From contig NC_058373.1 of the NCBI RefSeq assembly GCF_018350175.1, positions 103,852,001 through 103,916,000 of the forward strand: 64,000 bases of DNA. The letters are read 5' to 3'. The notes beneath the pieces are model-generated. The model saw only the letters and a list, made by a program, of their open reading frames with translations. It made no database searches and was not told where the DNA came from. The position numbers and the translations under genes were made by a program. Shown one piece after another: positions 1 to 12,009 of this stretch; within the stretch, counting starts at the first letter, position 1, and each line of letters starts with the position of its first letter. This DNA is from Felis catus (lineage: Eukaryota).

Positions 1-301
1 GAACCCAGGGCAGGCTGTAGCTGTAGAGAGAGCCACCCAGTAGGAACTGTGGCCTTCAGGAGAAGAATGGCTGATACCTGTGTCCCAATAGGGAGGAGAT
101 TGGGCAACAAATACCACATACTGTCTCTTCCCACCCTCTTATTTCCTTCTGGTGATTGTTACTGCTTAAATTCAACCCCAAACCAGTGAACAAGAGAGTC
201 CATTGACAAAAGCCACAAAGGCCAGCATCCTGGTTTATAGAAGAGAGTGGAAAAGGGTAGAGGATGATGGTTCTAGAGGGGCAGGCAGCATACCTAGCAC
301 A
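1..301 (-). mobile_element. ERVL LTR33-like solo LTR, 5' half (cut by window edge)
   Basis: Reverse strand begins TGTGCTAGGTATGCTGCCTGCCCCTCTAGAACC and contains GAAGGCCACAGTTCCT...CAGCTACAGCC, matching my recollection of the LTR33 consensus. Confidence 0.75.
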
Positions 302-486
302 GTGATCTTGAGATATCCATACAAAGAAAGTTAACCTCAAAAGAAGGAAAGAATACAAAAGATATCCCAAGATAAAGGATACCTGGTATAGACAGTAGGT
401 CCTGGGTAAGGTGTGTGGTGTAACTCAGGGAAGACTCCTAGAAATAAAAGGAACACTTCTGTGATTGAGCCTTTAAGAATGATTTG

Positions 487-714
487 GGGGCCGCCTGGGT
501 GGCTCAGTCGGTTGGCCGTCTGACTTCGGCTCAGGTCATGATCTCGCGGTCCGTGTGTTCGAGCCCCGCATCCGGCTGTGTGCTGACAGCTCAGAGCCTG
601 GAGCCTGTTTCAGATTCTGTGTCTCCCTCTCTCTGCCCCTCCCCCGCTCACTCTCGTTCTCTCTCTCTCTCTCAAAAATAAACATTAAAAAATATAAAAA
701 TAAAATTTAAAAAA
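487..714 (+). mobile_element. Felid CanSINE (SINEC_Fc-type)
   Basis: tRNA-like head with A/B boxes, (CT)n, A-tail; TSD AAGAATGATTTGGG at 475-488 and 715-728. Confidence 0.97.
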
Positions 715-1129
715 AAGAATGATTTGGGATTAGGTGAGCACAGAGGAATGTGGAGGATAGTCGAGCTGGAACAGAATAAAGGGAAGAAAGGCATAGAAGT
801 AAAAATAAATATGACATAACTGAGATTATATTCAATTGGCTGAAGCATGGAGTATGTAGAAGCCATAATAAAAATGCCAGGAACTTTCTGTGAGAATGGT
901 GAACCACTTCCATTTATGGAAATCTTTTTAGTTCTACTGAATGCCTGCTGTATGCCTTGTACTCTACAAAGCTCTTGGACAAAAGAGGACATCAAAGGTA
1001 GGCGATCTGGCCCCGAGACCTTTGACTTTCACCTATATTCACGTGAAACAGTGAACCGGTTAACCATACAAAGACAAAATATCAAAGTGAATGTTACTTG
1101 GGGTTCAAAAGTGGGGTCCAGAATGTGTA

Positions 1130-1630
1130 ATTCCTGATGTGTGTTCATTCGTTTAAAAAAATCCATCCAACCAACATTTTTGAAGCAACCAGGATGTGCC
1201 AGGCACTGCCATTGAAGACACAGCCCCTTGGGTTGATCTGGATCCAACAGCCAACAACTGAGAGTTTGGCTCAGACCGAACCTCATCTAATTTAGACAAG
1301 AATGAAATGAAATACACTTCTCCAAAGTAAACCGTAATAAATCCATGATAGGTGCTCACTAAATATTCGTTGACCATGTGAATAAGTAATTATAATGAAG
1401 AAGTGTTATAAATTTCTATGATATTTTGAAACAACACATACACTAGGCATTTATACTGATGTCCAAAATCTAATCACAATGCGGACCCACTATGAAGGCA
1501 GAGACCTGGCCTGTCTTGTTTACTGGAATAATCCCAGCTCCTAGCATGGAGCCCAGCACGGAGCTGGAGCTGGAGCACAGACTATATCTAGTGAATAAAT
1601 GTGGGGATAAATTAATAAACGAATGCATTC
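1130..1630. mobile_element. Cluster of L2 3'-end fragments (both strands)
   Basis: L2 tail motifs such as CATTTTTGAAGCAACCAGGATGTGCCAGGCACTG, AGGTGCTCACTAAATATTCGTTGA and GAAGGCAGAGACCTGGCCTGTCTTG. Confidence 0.6.
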
Positions 1631-3139
1631 TTGAAGCAAGTACTTTTACAGCGAGGTCGCTTTGGGTGGTGGCGTCCCTTGGGGGCATCCTTTGGGGGAT
1701 GCAGTTACCATTACAGCACATTAAGTACTCCTTCAGATTGTTCATGAGTACTTCTTGAAAATGCATTTTTAACTTTTCCTCACTTTAATTCCTTGCGAGT
1801 TCCAGATGTGCCAGTTGTTTCAATAGCTCTGAATACAAAGGGAGAAAATCATGTCCTGCTTCACCTTTGAAAGGCAACACATGAGGGCAACACGTGAAGA
1901 TGCAGGGCTTCTGTCTCCGGCCAGGGCCCAGGTGTGCATACCTGTGGTTGGCCTCAATGCCACTTGTACGTTTACCATCGTTCCTTCCTTTGAGAGCCCT
2001 AACTTCTTTTCCTACTGCCATTAAAATCATATTAAATCATTCTGAAGTGCTTCCCATAAACACCAAATAAGAGGTACAGCCGCGAGAAAAATTATCTACC
2101 TGTGTGGAATAGGTTATTATTTTATTTGTAATCGAAGTGGCGTATGTTTTAGAGAAGAGAGTATCCGGGTAGGCACCCTCCCCCCATGCCTCACATACTC
2201 AACAAGGAGTGTGGCTTTTACGCCACCCCCCTCTCCCCGCCCCAGGCTAGTTTTAACCCTACTGGCTTATTAATTATGATACCTGCAGGTACGTTTCTGT
2301 TTACTGGCTTTTATACAGTGTACTTTTTTATTTGCCATCGGACACAAATAGAGATCTGTGTTCAACCTGGTTTTATGGCTTATAGAAACTGAAAAGTCAG
2401 ATAAGATTAATATTGTCAGATGATGACGGATATGTGCAAATTTTACCTTTAAAGCAGGCAGGCCTTCTTGTAGAGTGAATTGCATTTACACAACCGGATT
2501 TCTCCTCTGGTCGGCTTTCAGCTTAAGAATTCCTGCCTCTGTGCGGATGAGACGGGAGATTGGAGGCTTTCAGGGGTCTGTAAGATCTGGGAATACGTGC
2601 TGCAATCCAATTGTGGGCGAGGTGCTCTGCCCACCAAATCTTTGTGTTTGTATGTAGAAAGAACTAGAAAATGATTGTTAGGGCTGATGGCACCCTGCTG
2701 ACTTGTAGACGGAGTTTGTAACAAGGGGGTTTTCAGAATCTAGTAGCTGAGATAGGACAAATTCTTTTCACTTGAACAAAAGATTATGGTGAAAACCTTA
2801 ACCAGCACACCCTAAGACAGACTGAAATAAGAAAGAGGTGAAGGAAGTCTGAAATACATGGATGAAAAAAATGTTGTAAACATGTGCTGGGAATGGAATT
2901 GTGCACATGCTACTTTCAGTTGAGTGTTTGTCCTTTCTTGTTTTTAAGATTCCTGCCCCCAAATATACCTAGATATCAATATGCAGGTGTCTCTGCCAAG
3001 ATTCAGTTTCTAATTGTACATGTAATATTCCAAGCAAGTTTTTTTTTTTACTTCAGATTATGAAATTAAACTGGGGTATTTAATTTTCCTCCCATAATGA
3101 TGATTGTGGAGGCTATATAAAAATAAAAGTAAATGTTTT

Positions 3140-3283
3140 GGGGTGCCTGGCTGGCTCACTTGGAAGAGCACGCGACTCTTGATCTCAGGGTGGTGAGTTC
3201 GAGCCCCACGTTGGGTGTAGAGATTACTTAAATAAATAAATAAACTTAATAAACTTAAAACTTAAACTTAAAAAAATTAAAAC
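3140..3283 (+). mobile_element. Short tRNA-Lys-like CanSINE monomer
   Basis: GGGGTGCCTGGCTGGCTCA...GAGTTCGAGCCCCACGTTGGGTGTAGAGATTACTTA plus A-rich tail; near-TSD AAATGTTTTG/AAACGTTTTG. Confidence 0.92.
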
Positions 3284-3602
3284 AAACGTTTTGAACACAG
3301 TTGACACCACCCTAGTATTACGATTTGTGGAAAAAACATTGTTTTTCTTTTGAAGGTTTGTATACGTATGAAAAAAAAATGCTTTGGGCTGAAAATAAAA
3401 CATGGGATGTTAGTCAAGAAGTATAATTTGGAATTACTTAAACATTAAGAAAAATCTTCTGAACCTCAAGAAATTACAATTAATGCACAATAAAATTAAC
3501 TACATTTTGTGTTACTTCTCATCAGCTTTTTCAGTAAGTAAGAGGCAAAGATGGTCTGTTTATTAGACTATTATTGAGTAAGCCCTAAGTATTTTAGCAA
3601 AT

Positions 3603-3618
3603 AAGAAAGAAAGAGGAG

Positions 3619-3657
<39 letters not shown>

Positions 3658-3768
3658 GAGTAAGGAAGGGAGAGAGAAAGGGAGGGGGGAGGAAGGGAGG
3701 CAGGAGAGGAAGGGAGGAGGGAGAGAGCAAAGGAGGAAGCAAAAGAAAGAGAGAAGGAAAGAAAGAAG
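3603..3768. repeat. Polypurine (GAAA)n/(GGAA)n low-complexity tract
   Basis: Directly visible. Confidence 0.95.
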
Positions 3769-3862
3769 TTGGTTTGATCATATGATTCAGCCTTTTTAAT
3801 TGATGGCATATAATAAGTTCAAATAAAAAATTCAGTTATTTCAAAACTCATGTCTGATTGTA

Positions 3863-4264
3863 CGTATGAGCAGGGTAGGCAAGGCTGCGTAATGAATAGA
3901 CCCAAACAAGTAAGGACTCAACACAATGGAAGTTTATTTCTTGTTTACGTCAGAGTCCTAGGAGGGTGAACAGATTGGCCTGTGGCTCTCCTCTATGTAC
4001 CACGCGGGGTACAGGTTGACAGAGGCTCTTCTGTGACCACCATGGTTATCTCTGTCATAGCCTGCAGGAAGAGGAAAAGAGTACAGAGGAGAGAGAGGAG
4101 GAGGGCCCTACTGGCGAGGACTGGAAGCCGCGCACGTGACTCTGTTCCCCTTCCATTGGCTGGCGCTCAGTGACATGGCTACCTAACTATAAAAAGGAGT
4201 CTAGCTCTGTGCATAAGAAAAAAAGGAGGCAGATTTTGGTGAATAGCCAATACCCTCTGCCACA
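3863..4264 (-). mobile_element. MaLR MLT1-family solo LTR (J/K-like)
   Basis: GCTGCGTAATGAATAGACCC...GAAGTTTATTTCTTG...CCATTGGCT...CTCTGCCACA layout typical of reverse-oriented MLT1. Confidence 0.75.
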
Positions 4265-4539
4265 GTTTAGCACCTTCCCAGCCTAGCAGAGCGTGTCATG
4301 TGTACTAGACCTTCCATTAATATTTGCTGAATTGAGTATGTGCATACTGCCTTCCAAATGTGTATCTATTTCTATAATGTAGTAATAGGATAGTGGTCAC
4401 ATTTCCTATTTTGCTGCTGTGACTTGGATGTTTATTATTTATTGGTGTAGTTATTTATATTCCAATTTGTTACAAAAAATTAAACATACAGCGATGCAGC
4501 AAGATTAAATAACTGGTCATTAACTAATAAATATTTTTC

Positions 4540-4950
4540 TATGGTTCTGTATAACCTTCAGAATTACAGTGTTGCAACTGAATTTACTAAGGCTTATATC
4601 TAAAGGTGGACATATTTTTTTCTTTTGTACATACAATATGATGTATATATGCACATTGATAATGGTTTAGCTGAAGTAATTTCTTAGGATAAATTCATAG
4701 AAGTGAGAATATTGGATCAAAAGAAATAAATAATTGCATGATTTTTGTGAGATATTTACAGTATTTGCAGGAAGGAGTAGAGAACTCAGTGAGGCTACGA
4801 CCTCATTGACTTGAATAGTATTTGTAAACACGTTTCACTGCCTATAATGTGCAATAAGGTATAATCGTTTTAATTTATATTTCTTTGATTGTTAATGGCA
4901 TCTCCAAGTAGTACCTTCTATTTATATGTAACTTGTTGAGTGCTATATTA
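4540..4950 (-). mobile_element. Degenerate old L1M fragment
   Basis: TTTCTTAGGATAAATTCATAGAAGTGAGAATATTGGATCAAAAG, typical of the reversed L1 ORF2 3' region. Confidence 0.6.
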
Positions 4951-4998
4951 AACATGCCATTTAGGAATGAAATTCATTTTAAAGTCTTCAAGAAAAGT

Positions 4999-5159
4999 GG
5001 GGTGCCTGGGTGGCTCAGTCAGTTAAGTGTCCAACTCTTGATCTCAGCTCAGTTCATAACCTCAGGATCATGAGTTCAAGCCTCACATTGGGCTCCACAC
5101 CCAGTATGGAGCCTACTTAAGCAAACATTTTTAAATTAAAAATTAAAAAAATAAAAAAT
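4999..5159 (+). mobile_element. CanSINE (older, short form), inserted downstream of L1 fragment
   Basis: SINE head plus A-tail; TSD AAAGTCTTCAAGAAAA at 4981-4996 and 5160-5175. Confidence 0.93.
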
Positions 5160-5183
5160 AAAGTCTTCAAGAAAACGCAAATG

Positions 5184-5309
5184 CAGCGTTCTTTAATCTG
5201 GGGTCTGAGGATTCTTGAGGCCACAGATGGCCTTCAGGTAATAGTGACACTTCTGAAATTATGGGCAAGATGCTGAGAATAGTAGCACCTACAGATATTT
5301 TTCTGTGTA
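5184..5309 (+). mobile_element. hAT-Charlie MITE fragment (MER103-like)
   Basis: CAGCGTTCTTTAATCTGGGGTC...GATGGCCTTCAGG...CTGAAATTATGGGCAA resembles recalled MER103 consensus. Confidence 0.5.
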
Positions 5310-5327
5310 TAGAATACATAATATTTT

Positions 5328-5563
5328 ATTTTTTTTATTTTTATTTTTTTTAACAATTTTTTTTAAAGTTTATTTTTTTGAGACAGAGAGAGACAGAGCA
5401 TGAACGGGGGAGGGTCAGAGAGAGGGAGACACAGAATCTGAAACAGGCTCCAGGCTCTGAGCTGTCAGCACAGAGCCCGACGCGGGGCTCAAACCCACGG
5501 ACCACAAGATCATGACCTGAGCCAAAGTCGGCTGCTCAACTGACTGAGCCACCCAGGCGCCCC
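5328..5563 (-). mobile_element. Felid CanSINE
   Basis: Full element; TSD TAGAATACATAATATTTT at 5310-5327 and 5564-5581. Confidence 0.97.
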
Positions 5564-5581
5564 TAGAATACATAATATTTT

Positions 5582-5784
5582 AAAGTTTATTTATTTGAAA
5601 GAGAAAGCAAGAGTGAGAGCCAGGAAGCGGCAGAGAGAGAGGAGAAGGAGAGAATCCCAAGCAGGCTCCACTTTGCCAGCCCGGAGACCGATGCACATGG
5701 GGCTTGAACTCACAAACCGTGAGATCATGACCTGAGCTGAAATCAAGAGTTGGACGCCTAACTGACTGAGCCACCCAGGCGCCC
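5582..5784 (-). mobile_element. CanSINE (older subfamily)
   Basis: Ends CTGAGCCACCCAGGCGCCC; abuts the previous SINE at its tail. Confidence 0.95.
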
Positions 5785-6865
5785 GTAGGGTATATCATAC
5801 CTTCTGCGTCCATTCTACTTCTTTCCATGAGTAACCTAAGAATTTAGATTTGTCAGAAATAGAAAAATATATTAACTTTTGCTCAACTTCACTGTAGGAC
5901 TGTATACTAGGTTTCAGAGGTGCCTGTCTTCTGGGTTTAAAAGACAGAATTCATGAAATGCTAGTTCAGTAGGAAGCTATCTCTTAATTTTATGTTATTG
6001 AGATTCTATGGCTTTACGATTCGCAGATATCAGCGATATATGACTAATATTTCTAAGCTTTTGGCTCTTTGGACAAAAGTTTCAACAACAATGTGCTGTG
6101 ATTTTTGAAGGGAAGTTCAAACATCAGAAGACGTGTGGAAAAATAGTGGGAAAAACAGAAACAATAGTCCCAACGAGGGAAAGCCCTGGGTTCATGGTAC
6201 GTTTTAGAAATAAACCAACTTATAGCTGGAGACAAAAGTAAAGCAGAGGCAGAAACACAAAGTGACACCGGAGAAAGATGAACGTTCTTGGTCCTACAAC
6301 TTATCATAAATTAGGAATTAAATGAGTGGATAGTGATTTCATCTGTGAGTAGACATGCATCACACTAGAATCTAAGCCCTGTGGTGGCAGGAAGCTTGCC
6401 TGCTCATTGATGTATTCCCAGAACTTAAAACAGTGTCCATTATAGTGGTGGGCATTTGATAATCATTTATTGAAAACTATAACTAAACCAAGTAAATTCC
6501 AAGTGAAAAACACACACCTTAAATTCTCATTGGAAAGGAGGCAAAAGAAGAATGGTGTAAGACAGAACAGGGGCCATTGACTGATTCAACAAGTGTACTG
6601 GGCACTGACTGTGTGTATGGGACTGTGCCAGGGACCACGGAGGTTACAGGTGGCTTCCAGTCTTGTAAGGCCAGCATCTGCACCAAGAGAAGCCTTGGAA
6701 GGCGAGGAAGAATTTCACTCCATTATAATCTCCAATGCCATCTTTCCTTCAATAAGTATTCTCTGAAAACAAAATGGGTATTTTTTCAGTAACTTTAAAT
6801 AAAGTATGAATAAAAGCATCTTTATAAAGATGTTGTTCTCATATGGATTTTAAAAGTACAACCTA

Positions 6866-7099
6866 GGGGCACCTGGGTGCCTCAGTCGGTTAAGCGGCCG
6901 ACTTCGGCTCAGGTCATGATCTCGCGGTCCGCGAGTTTGAGCCCCGCGTCGGGCTCTGTGCTGACAGCTCAGAGCTTGGAGCCTGCTTCCAATTCTGTGT
7001 CTCCCTCTCTCTCCGTCCCTCCCCCATTCATGCTCTCTCTCTGTCTCAAAAATAAATAAACGTTAAAAAAAATTTTTTTTTAAATTAAAAAAAAAAAAA
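6866..7099 (+). mobile_element. Felid CanSINE
   Basis: Full head, (CT)n and A-tail. Confidence 0.97.
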
Positions 7100-7203
7100 G
7101 ACTTTATTTTTAAGTAATCTCAACACCCAACGTGGGGCCCAGACTCACAATCCCAAGATCAGAGGTTGCACACTCTACCGACTTTTAGCCAGCCAGGCAC
7201 CCC
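7100..7203 (-). mobile_element. Short tRNA-Lys-like CanSINE monomer
   Basis: TAAGTAATCTCAACACCCAACGTGGGG...AGCCAGCCAGGCACCCC; tail-to-tail with the previous SINE. Confidence 0.9.
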
Positions 7204-7449
7204 TCAAAATAAGAAATCTTAAAAAGCAAAGAAAGATTTGTGGTAAGTCCCTTAAACCTTTTCTCCTTTTGCTTTGCCTACATAGAATTCTGGGAACTGC
7301 TATTGTGTAAGATGAAGACAACAATGACAGGGACAATTATTATTCAAGATAGGAAATGTAAGGAGCCCTAAGAAGTGTATAGGTTAAATCTTACAAGGGT
7401 TTGGAAGAGGGGATGATCGCCTTTTCTTTTTTCTTTTTTTTTTTTTTTG

Positions 7450-7720
7450 CCTCCAATATTTTATCTTGAAAATTTTCACTCTTACAGAAAAGTGATAATA
7501 GTAGTGTAATGACATTCATACGCCCTTCACCATGTTAACATTTTACCCCCCTTTCTCTCCCACTTGAAAGTGAATTACAGATACCACAATACTTTACACC
7601 TAAATACTTCCTATGAGTCTCCAGGAAACAAGGATATTCTCTGACATGAATCACGATACTTCAAAATTTTAACATTATGGTAACAGGATCAACACTATAT
7701 TATTCAGTATTCATTCCATA
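7450..7720 (-). mobile_element. Old L1 (L1MC/MD-like) 3' UTR fragment
   Basis: TTGAAAATTTTCA...ACAGAAAAGT...CCTAAATACTTC...ACAAGGATATTCTCT motifs. Confidence 0.6.
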
Positions 7721-7734
7721 ATGTTCGCCATTTC

Positions 7735-8140
7735 TATCAATCAGTGTCTTTGGGTGCAAATAATAGAAACTGGAAGTGACTAGTTTTATAAGAGTTCACT
7801 GGAAGGGTATGAAGTTCTTCATAAAAGCAAAATATAGGTCAAAGAAACCAACACTGGCAAGGACTGGAGCAGAGCAGAAACAGAAACTTCTGTGAGCAGA
7901 AATAATCAAATTGCAGAGAGAGAGAGAGAGAGAGCTAGAAGGAGAGCCGGCGGAGGCTGAGAGGAATGGCTCCTGATTGGTGAGTCAGGAGTGAGTGTCA
8001 CATCTCTGTCCCTTCACCACTAGGGATAGGGCATCTTGAGTTACAGTCCCCTCAAGATTGTACGCAAAACTGATGCATTCCTCCTGAAAGAATGGTGAAT
8101 GAATGATGCCAGAAAGGAAAAACCTACAGGTGTTCAAATA
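7735..8140 (-). mobile_element. Old MaLR MLT1-family LTR
   Basis: TGGGTGCAAATAATAGAAAC...CCTGATTGG...GGCATCTTGAGTTACAGTCCC layout. Confidence 0.55.
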
Positions 8141-8499
8141 CTCACTGAACTTGGGGTACAAGAGGCAGAGAAGTCTTCATGAGAGAGTTGGCATTGGAAT
8201 TAGGCCTTAAAAAAAACATTTGAATATGTTAGAATGGAAAGAAGGGTTAGGTTTGAAGGCAAGAGATCATGGTATGAACAGAGGCACAGAGGATGGACCA
8301 GAAAATAGGTCTACCAGAGGTATGTTGGGAAGAGAGAATGGTACCGTTTGGATAGAGTATAGGGTGAGAACATACCGGGAAGAATTATGAATGCCAGCCT
8401 AAGAAGTTTCGATTTTATTCTGTAGGCAGTGGATGGACTGAATTTTTTTAGATGGGACATATAACTGTAATTAAATACTGAAATATTAGCTATGTGCTT

Positions 8500-8640
8500 T
8501 TTTCTCTTTCTTTCCTTCCTTCCTTCCTTCCTTCCTTCCTTCCTTCCTTCCTTCCTTCCTTCCTTCTCTCTTCTCTTCTCTTCTCTTCTCTTCTCTTCTC
8601 TTCTCTTCTCTTCTCTTCTCTTCTCTTCTTCTTTTCTTTC
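8500..8640. repeat. Compound microsatellite (TTCC)n(TTCTC)n
   Basis: Directly visible. Confidence 0.97.
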
Positions 8641-8738
8641 ATGGAAGTTCCCTCTGGTGATGGGATGGATGGCAGAAGAGATTTGATACAGGGGAACCAG
8701 GACAGTAATGCAAAAGTTTGGTCTAGAAATATGAAGGA

Positions 8739-8962
8739 GGGGTGCCTGGGTGGCTCAGTTGGTTACGCGTCTGACTCTTGGTTTCAGCTCAGGTCATGAT
8801 CTCTTGGTTCATGGGTTCGAGCCCTTGCATCCGCCTCTGCGGTGGCAGTGCATGCAGAGCCCGCTTGGGATTCGCTCTCTCCCTGTCTCTCTCCCTCTCC
8901 CCGACCTGTGCTCACTTTCTCTTGCTCTGTCTCTCAAAATAAATAAATTTAAATTAAAAAAA
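8739..8962 (+). mobile_element. CanSINE
   Basis: Head, (CT)n and tail; near-TSD AAATATGAAG/AAATATTGAAG. Confidence 0.95.
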
Positions 8963-9348
8963 TATTGAAGATTATGAAGCAAAAAACTATTGTAACAACT
9001 GTGGGGATGTTGTTTGAGGAGCTGGCACAGGAAACATGGTAACAGGTTGTGTTTAACCACAGGACTTACTCTCACCAAATGTACATGAAGGGAAGGGAAG
9101 GTAAATGTGTGGCTGAAGATTCAGTCAACAGAATCTATGCAATGTTGCTCACAGAAGTAATAACAATGTAATTTAGCCACCGTTACTTTTCACATTAGTT
9201 ATCAATCAAATATTCTTCATGATTAAAACCAAGCTATTGGAGAAAATCCCTAAATGCATGCCTATGTTCCCATAGCTTGAGACTTCAGAGTGAAAGAAAT
9301 CAATTTAAATAATATGTATCCATCTTCCACTAAAAACAACAGGAAAGA

Positions 9349-9521
9349 GGGGCGCCCAGGTGGTTCAGTCAGTTCAGTGCCTGACTTTGGCTCAGGTTAT
9401 GATCTTGCATTTCCTGGGTTTGAGCCCCACATCCCTGCTTTGGATCCTCTGTCTCCCTCTTTCCCTGCCCCTCCCCTGCCTCACACACACTTTCCCTCTC
9501 TCTCAAAAATAAATAAACATT
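9349..9521 (+). mobile_element. CanSINE with internal deletion
   Basis: Head jumps from GAGCCCCACATC to CCTGCTTTGGAT; flanking AAAACAAC repeats. Confidence 0.92.
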
Positions 9522-9560
9522 GAAAACAACAATAGCGACCACAGGAAAGGTACTATTGGG

Positions 9561-10215
9561 AAGGATCTGCAAACTTTTTCTGGGAAATGTCACATAATAG
9601 ACGTTTTGGGGTTTGTGGCCCATGCAGTTTCTGTTGTAACTATTCTGCTTTCTGTCAGAAAGCAGCTACAGACAATATTCAAATACATGAATGTGGCTGT
9701 ATCCCAATACATCGTTATTTATGGACACTGAAATGTGAATTTCATATGATTTTTACGTGCCATAAAACCTTCTTTTGATTTTCTTCTATAATATAAAAAT
9801 GTCCAAACAATACTTGCAACTAGTAGATAAATCAGTCCCAGAGACCTAACACACCGTACAGTGATTATAGACAACAAAACTATATTATAAATATTAAATT
9901 TGCTGAGAGACTAGATCTTAACTGTTCCCAACACTAAAGAAATGGTAATTATGTGAAGCGATAGAGGTGTTAGCTCATGCTACAAAGGCAATCATATTGC
10001 AATATATATCGAATCAACATCTTATATACCTTAAACTTACACTATGTTCCGTGTCAAATGTCTCAATAAAAAATAATAATGAATACAAAATTTTTAATAA
10101 AAGCCTGGAAAAATAGAAACTAAATGAAATAAAAATATAAAAATCATTCTTTGCTCCCAGGCTGTAAAACACCAGGCAGTGGATTGGATTTCACACTTGC
10201 TAATTGTCTCATTGG
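9561..10215 (+). mobile_element. hAT-Charlie MER58-type element split by an L1 insertion
   Basis: GCAAACTTTTTCTG...AAAGCAGCTACAGACAATA...TGTGGCTGT...TTTATGGACACTGAAATGTGAATTTCATAT; resumes at about 10131 (AAAATCATTCTTTGCTCCCAGGCTGTA). Confidence 0.8.
9815..10130 (+). mobile_element. L1 3' UTR (L1MA9/L1_Carn-like), 5'-truncated
   Basis: TTTGCTGAGAGACTAGATCTTAA...ATGGTAATTATGTGA...CCTTAAACTTACAC...TCTCAATAAA plus A-rich tail. Confidence 0.88.
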
Positions 10216-11895
10216 CTACTATCACAACTTTAGAAATCAGGGCTAACATTTTTTCTCGTGAGTCAACAACAATGTGAACCCATTCTGAAAGTAGTAGCTG
10301 AACTAGAAGAAGGAAAATATGAGAACCAATTTACATTATTGATTCTGCTCTACTTGTTTTTAGTTTAAATGAATGGAGTTTTCCTTTCAGCTTTCTTTCT
10401 TAATGTGGCATGGTGTTAATGTTTGATAAAATACAGATGAGGCTAATGTAACAGAGGTGTTCCAAAACACAGTGCTTTGGGCGATATAGAAGTTAATTTC
10501 TCTCTGAGAAGTAAAATCTTCATCTGGAAAGCCATATGTCCAACTAAAATTGGGAGTTAACATTCCTACAGGAAGATGGGGAGAAGAGAATTGTAGAAAT
10601 ATCTGACGACAGCAGGAAGTCTTTGCCAAGGGTTGCATGTGACTAAACAGTTTCTTTATTCTAAACAGAGATTGTTTTATTGCTTCGGTCGGGGAAAAGG
10701 AGTCATTCTAAATATTTTTAACGATTGAACATTAAGAATAGAAATCAGTTATTTTGTTGGAGGTGCCTTTTCCCAGAGCTTTTACTATGGTAACTTCTAT
10801 AACATCATAAATTCATTCAACAAACATTTTTGAGCACCTATGGTGTTTACCTTTCTAGGCAGATAAACACCCTCATTTTCTACACTACTAACAGTTTTAA
10901 CATATCTCTGTTGAAGACAGTAGATTAGAACACATAGGAAAAGCTCCTAAAAGCATGGGGAATGAGAGTTGGGAGCCACGGTTGTTAGAATACAAAGTGA
11001 GGGGTGGTTGGGGGGACTCCAGCCCTTCAAAATCTCCATCAGCCTTACAAATTCACTTCCAGTAAACATGAGCTGCATGCAACAGCCTGTTCACTATGCA
11101 AACAGAGTTTCAAGAGAGGTCCTCTAGCTCTCTTTCCAAAAGATTGCCATCCTTGCACCTGTCCTTCCTAGAAATTCTGGACCCCTCCTTGGTATGGGGA
11201 TTTGGGCTGATATTTAGGTGCTACCTCTCTCCCAGCCTTCCCAATGGGAAGATAACGGAGGATCCTGAAATGAGAGTCTACTTGCATGTGTTGGTGTCTT
11301 TCCCAAATTGTATTAAGAAAAAAAAAAAAAAAAAAAGGAGCAGTCCAACACTAAGCACTCCACCTGGCATGACTTCAGAATGCTTGTGATTAAGATATTC
11401 TTCTTATTGTTAGTCAAAGGTCTAGACCTGCCTCGCTCCACGTAAACAGAAGCTCTGTTTCTCAGCTGCCTGCGCGCATCCTCTCACATGTCCTTAGGGC
11501 GCTAGAACAGCAGGTCTTCTCTAAATGGCTCTTAGACTCGAAGAACATGAAAAGAAGCAGCGAAGGGTTCCTGAAAGCATTTACATCGACGAGTAATATG
11601 TATCGACAGTACATTTTTTCCTTTTCTTGCTATAAAGCGAAAGCCTTTGTGCGCCCCTTTCGTTGTTAGCACCAAGGCGTGGCCAGCAGCAGGAGTGGGC
11701 TGAAATTAATTAAGTGAGGCAGTTTGGGCCACTCCTTCGCACTTTAACTGGTTGGAATGCAAGGGGCATGGTGGGGGGCGGGGGGGGGGTGGAGGGAAGA
11801 GTGTGTGGCCATGCAAAATAGAAAGAATGAGAAACATTTGTTTGGGGTTCTGTCACCTGTCAGGTGGTTGGAGAGGAAGCCACAGATTAAAAAAA

Positions 11896-11959
11896 GCAGA
11901 AGAAGAAGGAAGAAGGAAGAAGAAGAAGAAGAAGAAGAAGAAGAAGAAGAAGAAGAAGA
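11896..11959. repeat. (GAA)n microsatellite
   Basis: Directly visible. Confidence 0.97.
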
Positions 11960-12009
11960 CAAAGAAATCCCTTTAGTTTTTATAGCGTGAATCAGAGCGA
12001 TTAAGTACC

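Noticed and set aside
484..681. Recurrent ORF family (…SAQVMISRSVSSSPASGSVLTAQSLEP…) seen many times in the ORF track
   Set aside because: These are translations of CanSINE bodies, not a protein family.
1048..1060. ACAGTGAACCGGT, a 13-nt match to miR-128
   Set aside because: The match stops short of the mature sequence and I see no supporting precursor hairpin.
2419..2520. C/D snoRNA box C (ATGATGA)
   Set aside because: No box D (CTGA) or terminal stem at a suitable distance.
3140..3283. tRNA-Lys gene (also 7100, 18473, 39040, 40412, 41183)
   Set aside because: A-rich tails, flanking duplications and broken stems mark these as short CanSINE monomers.
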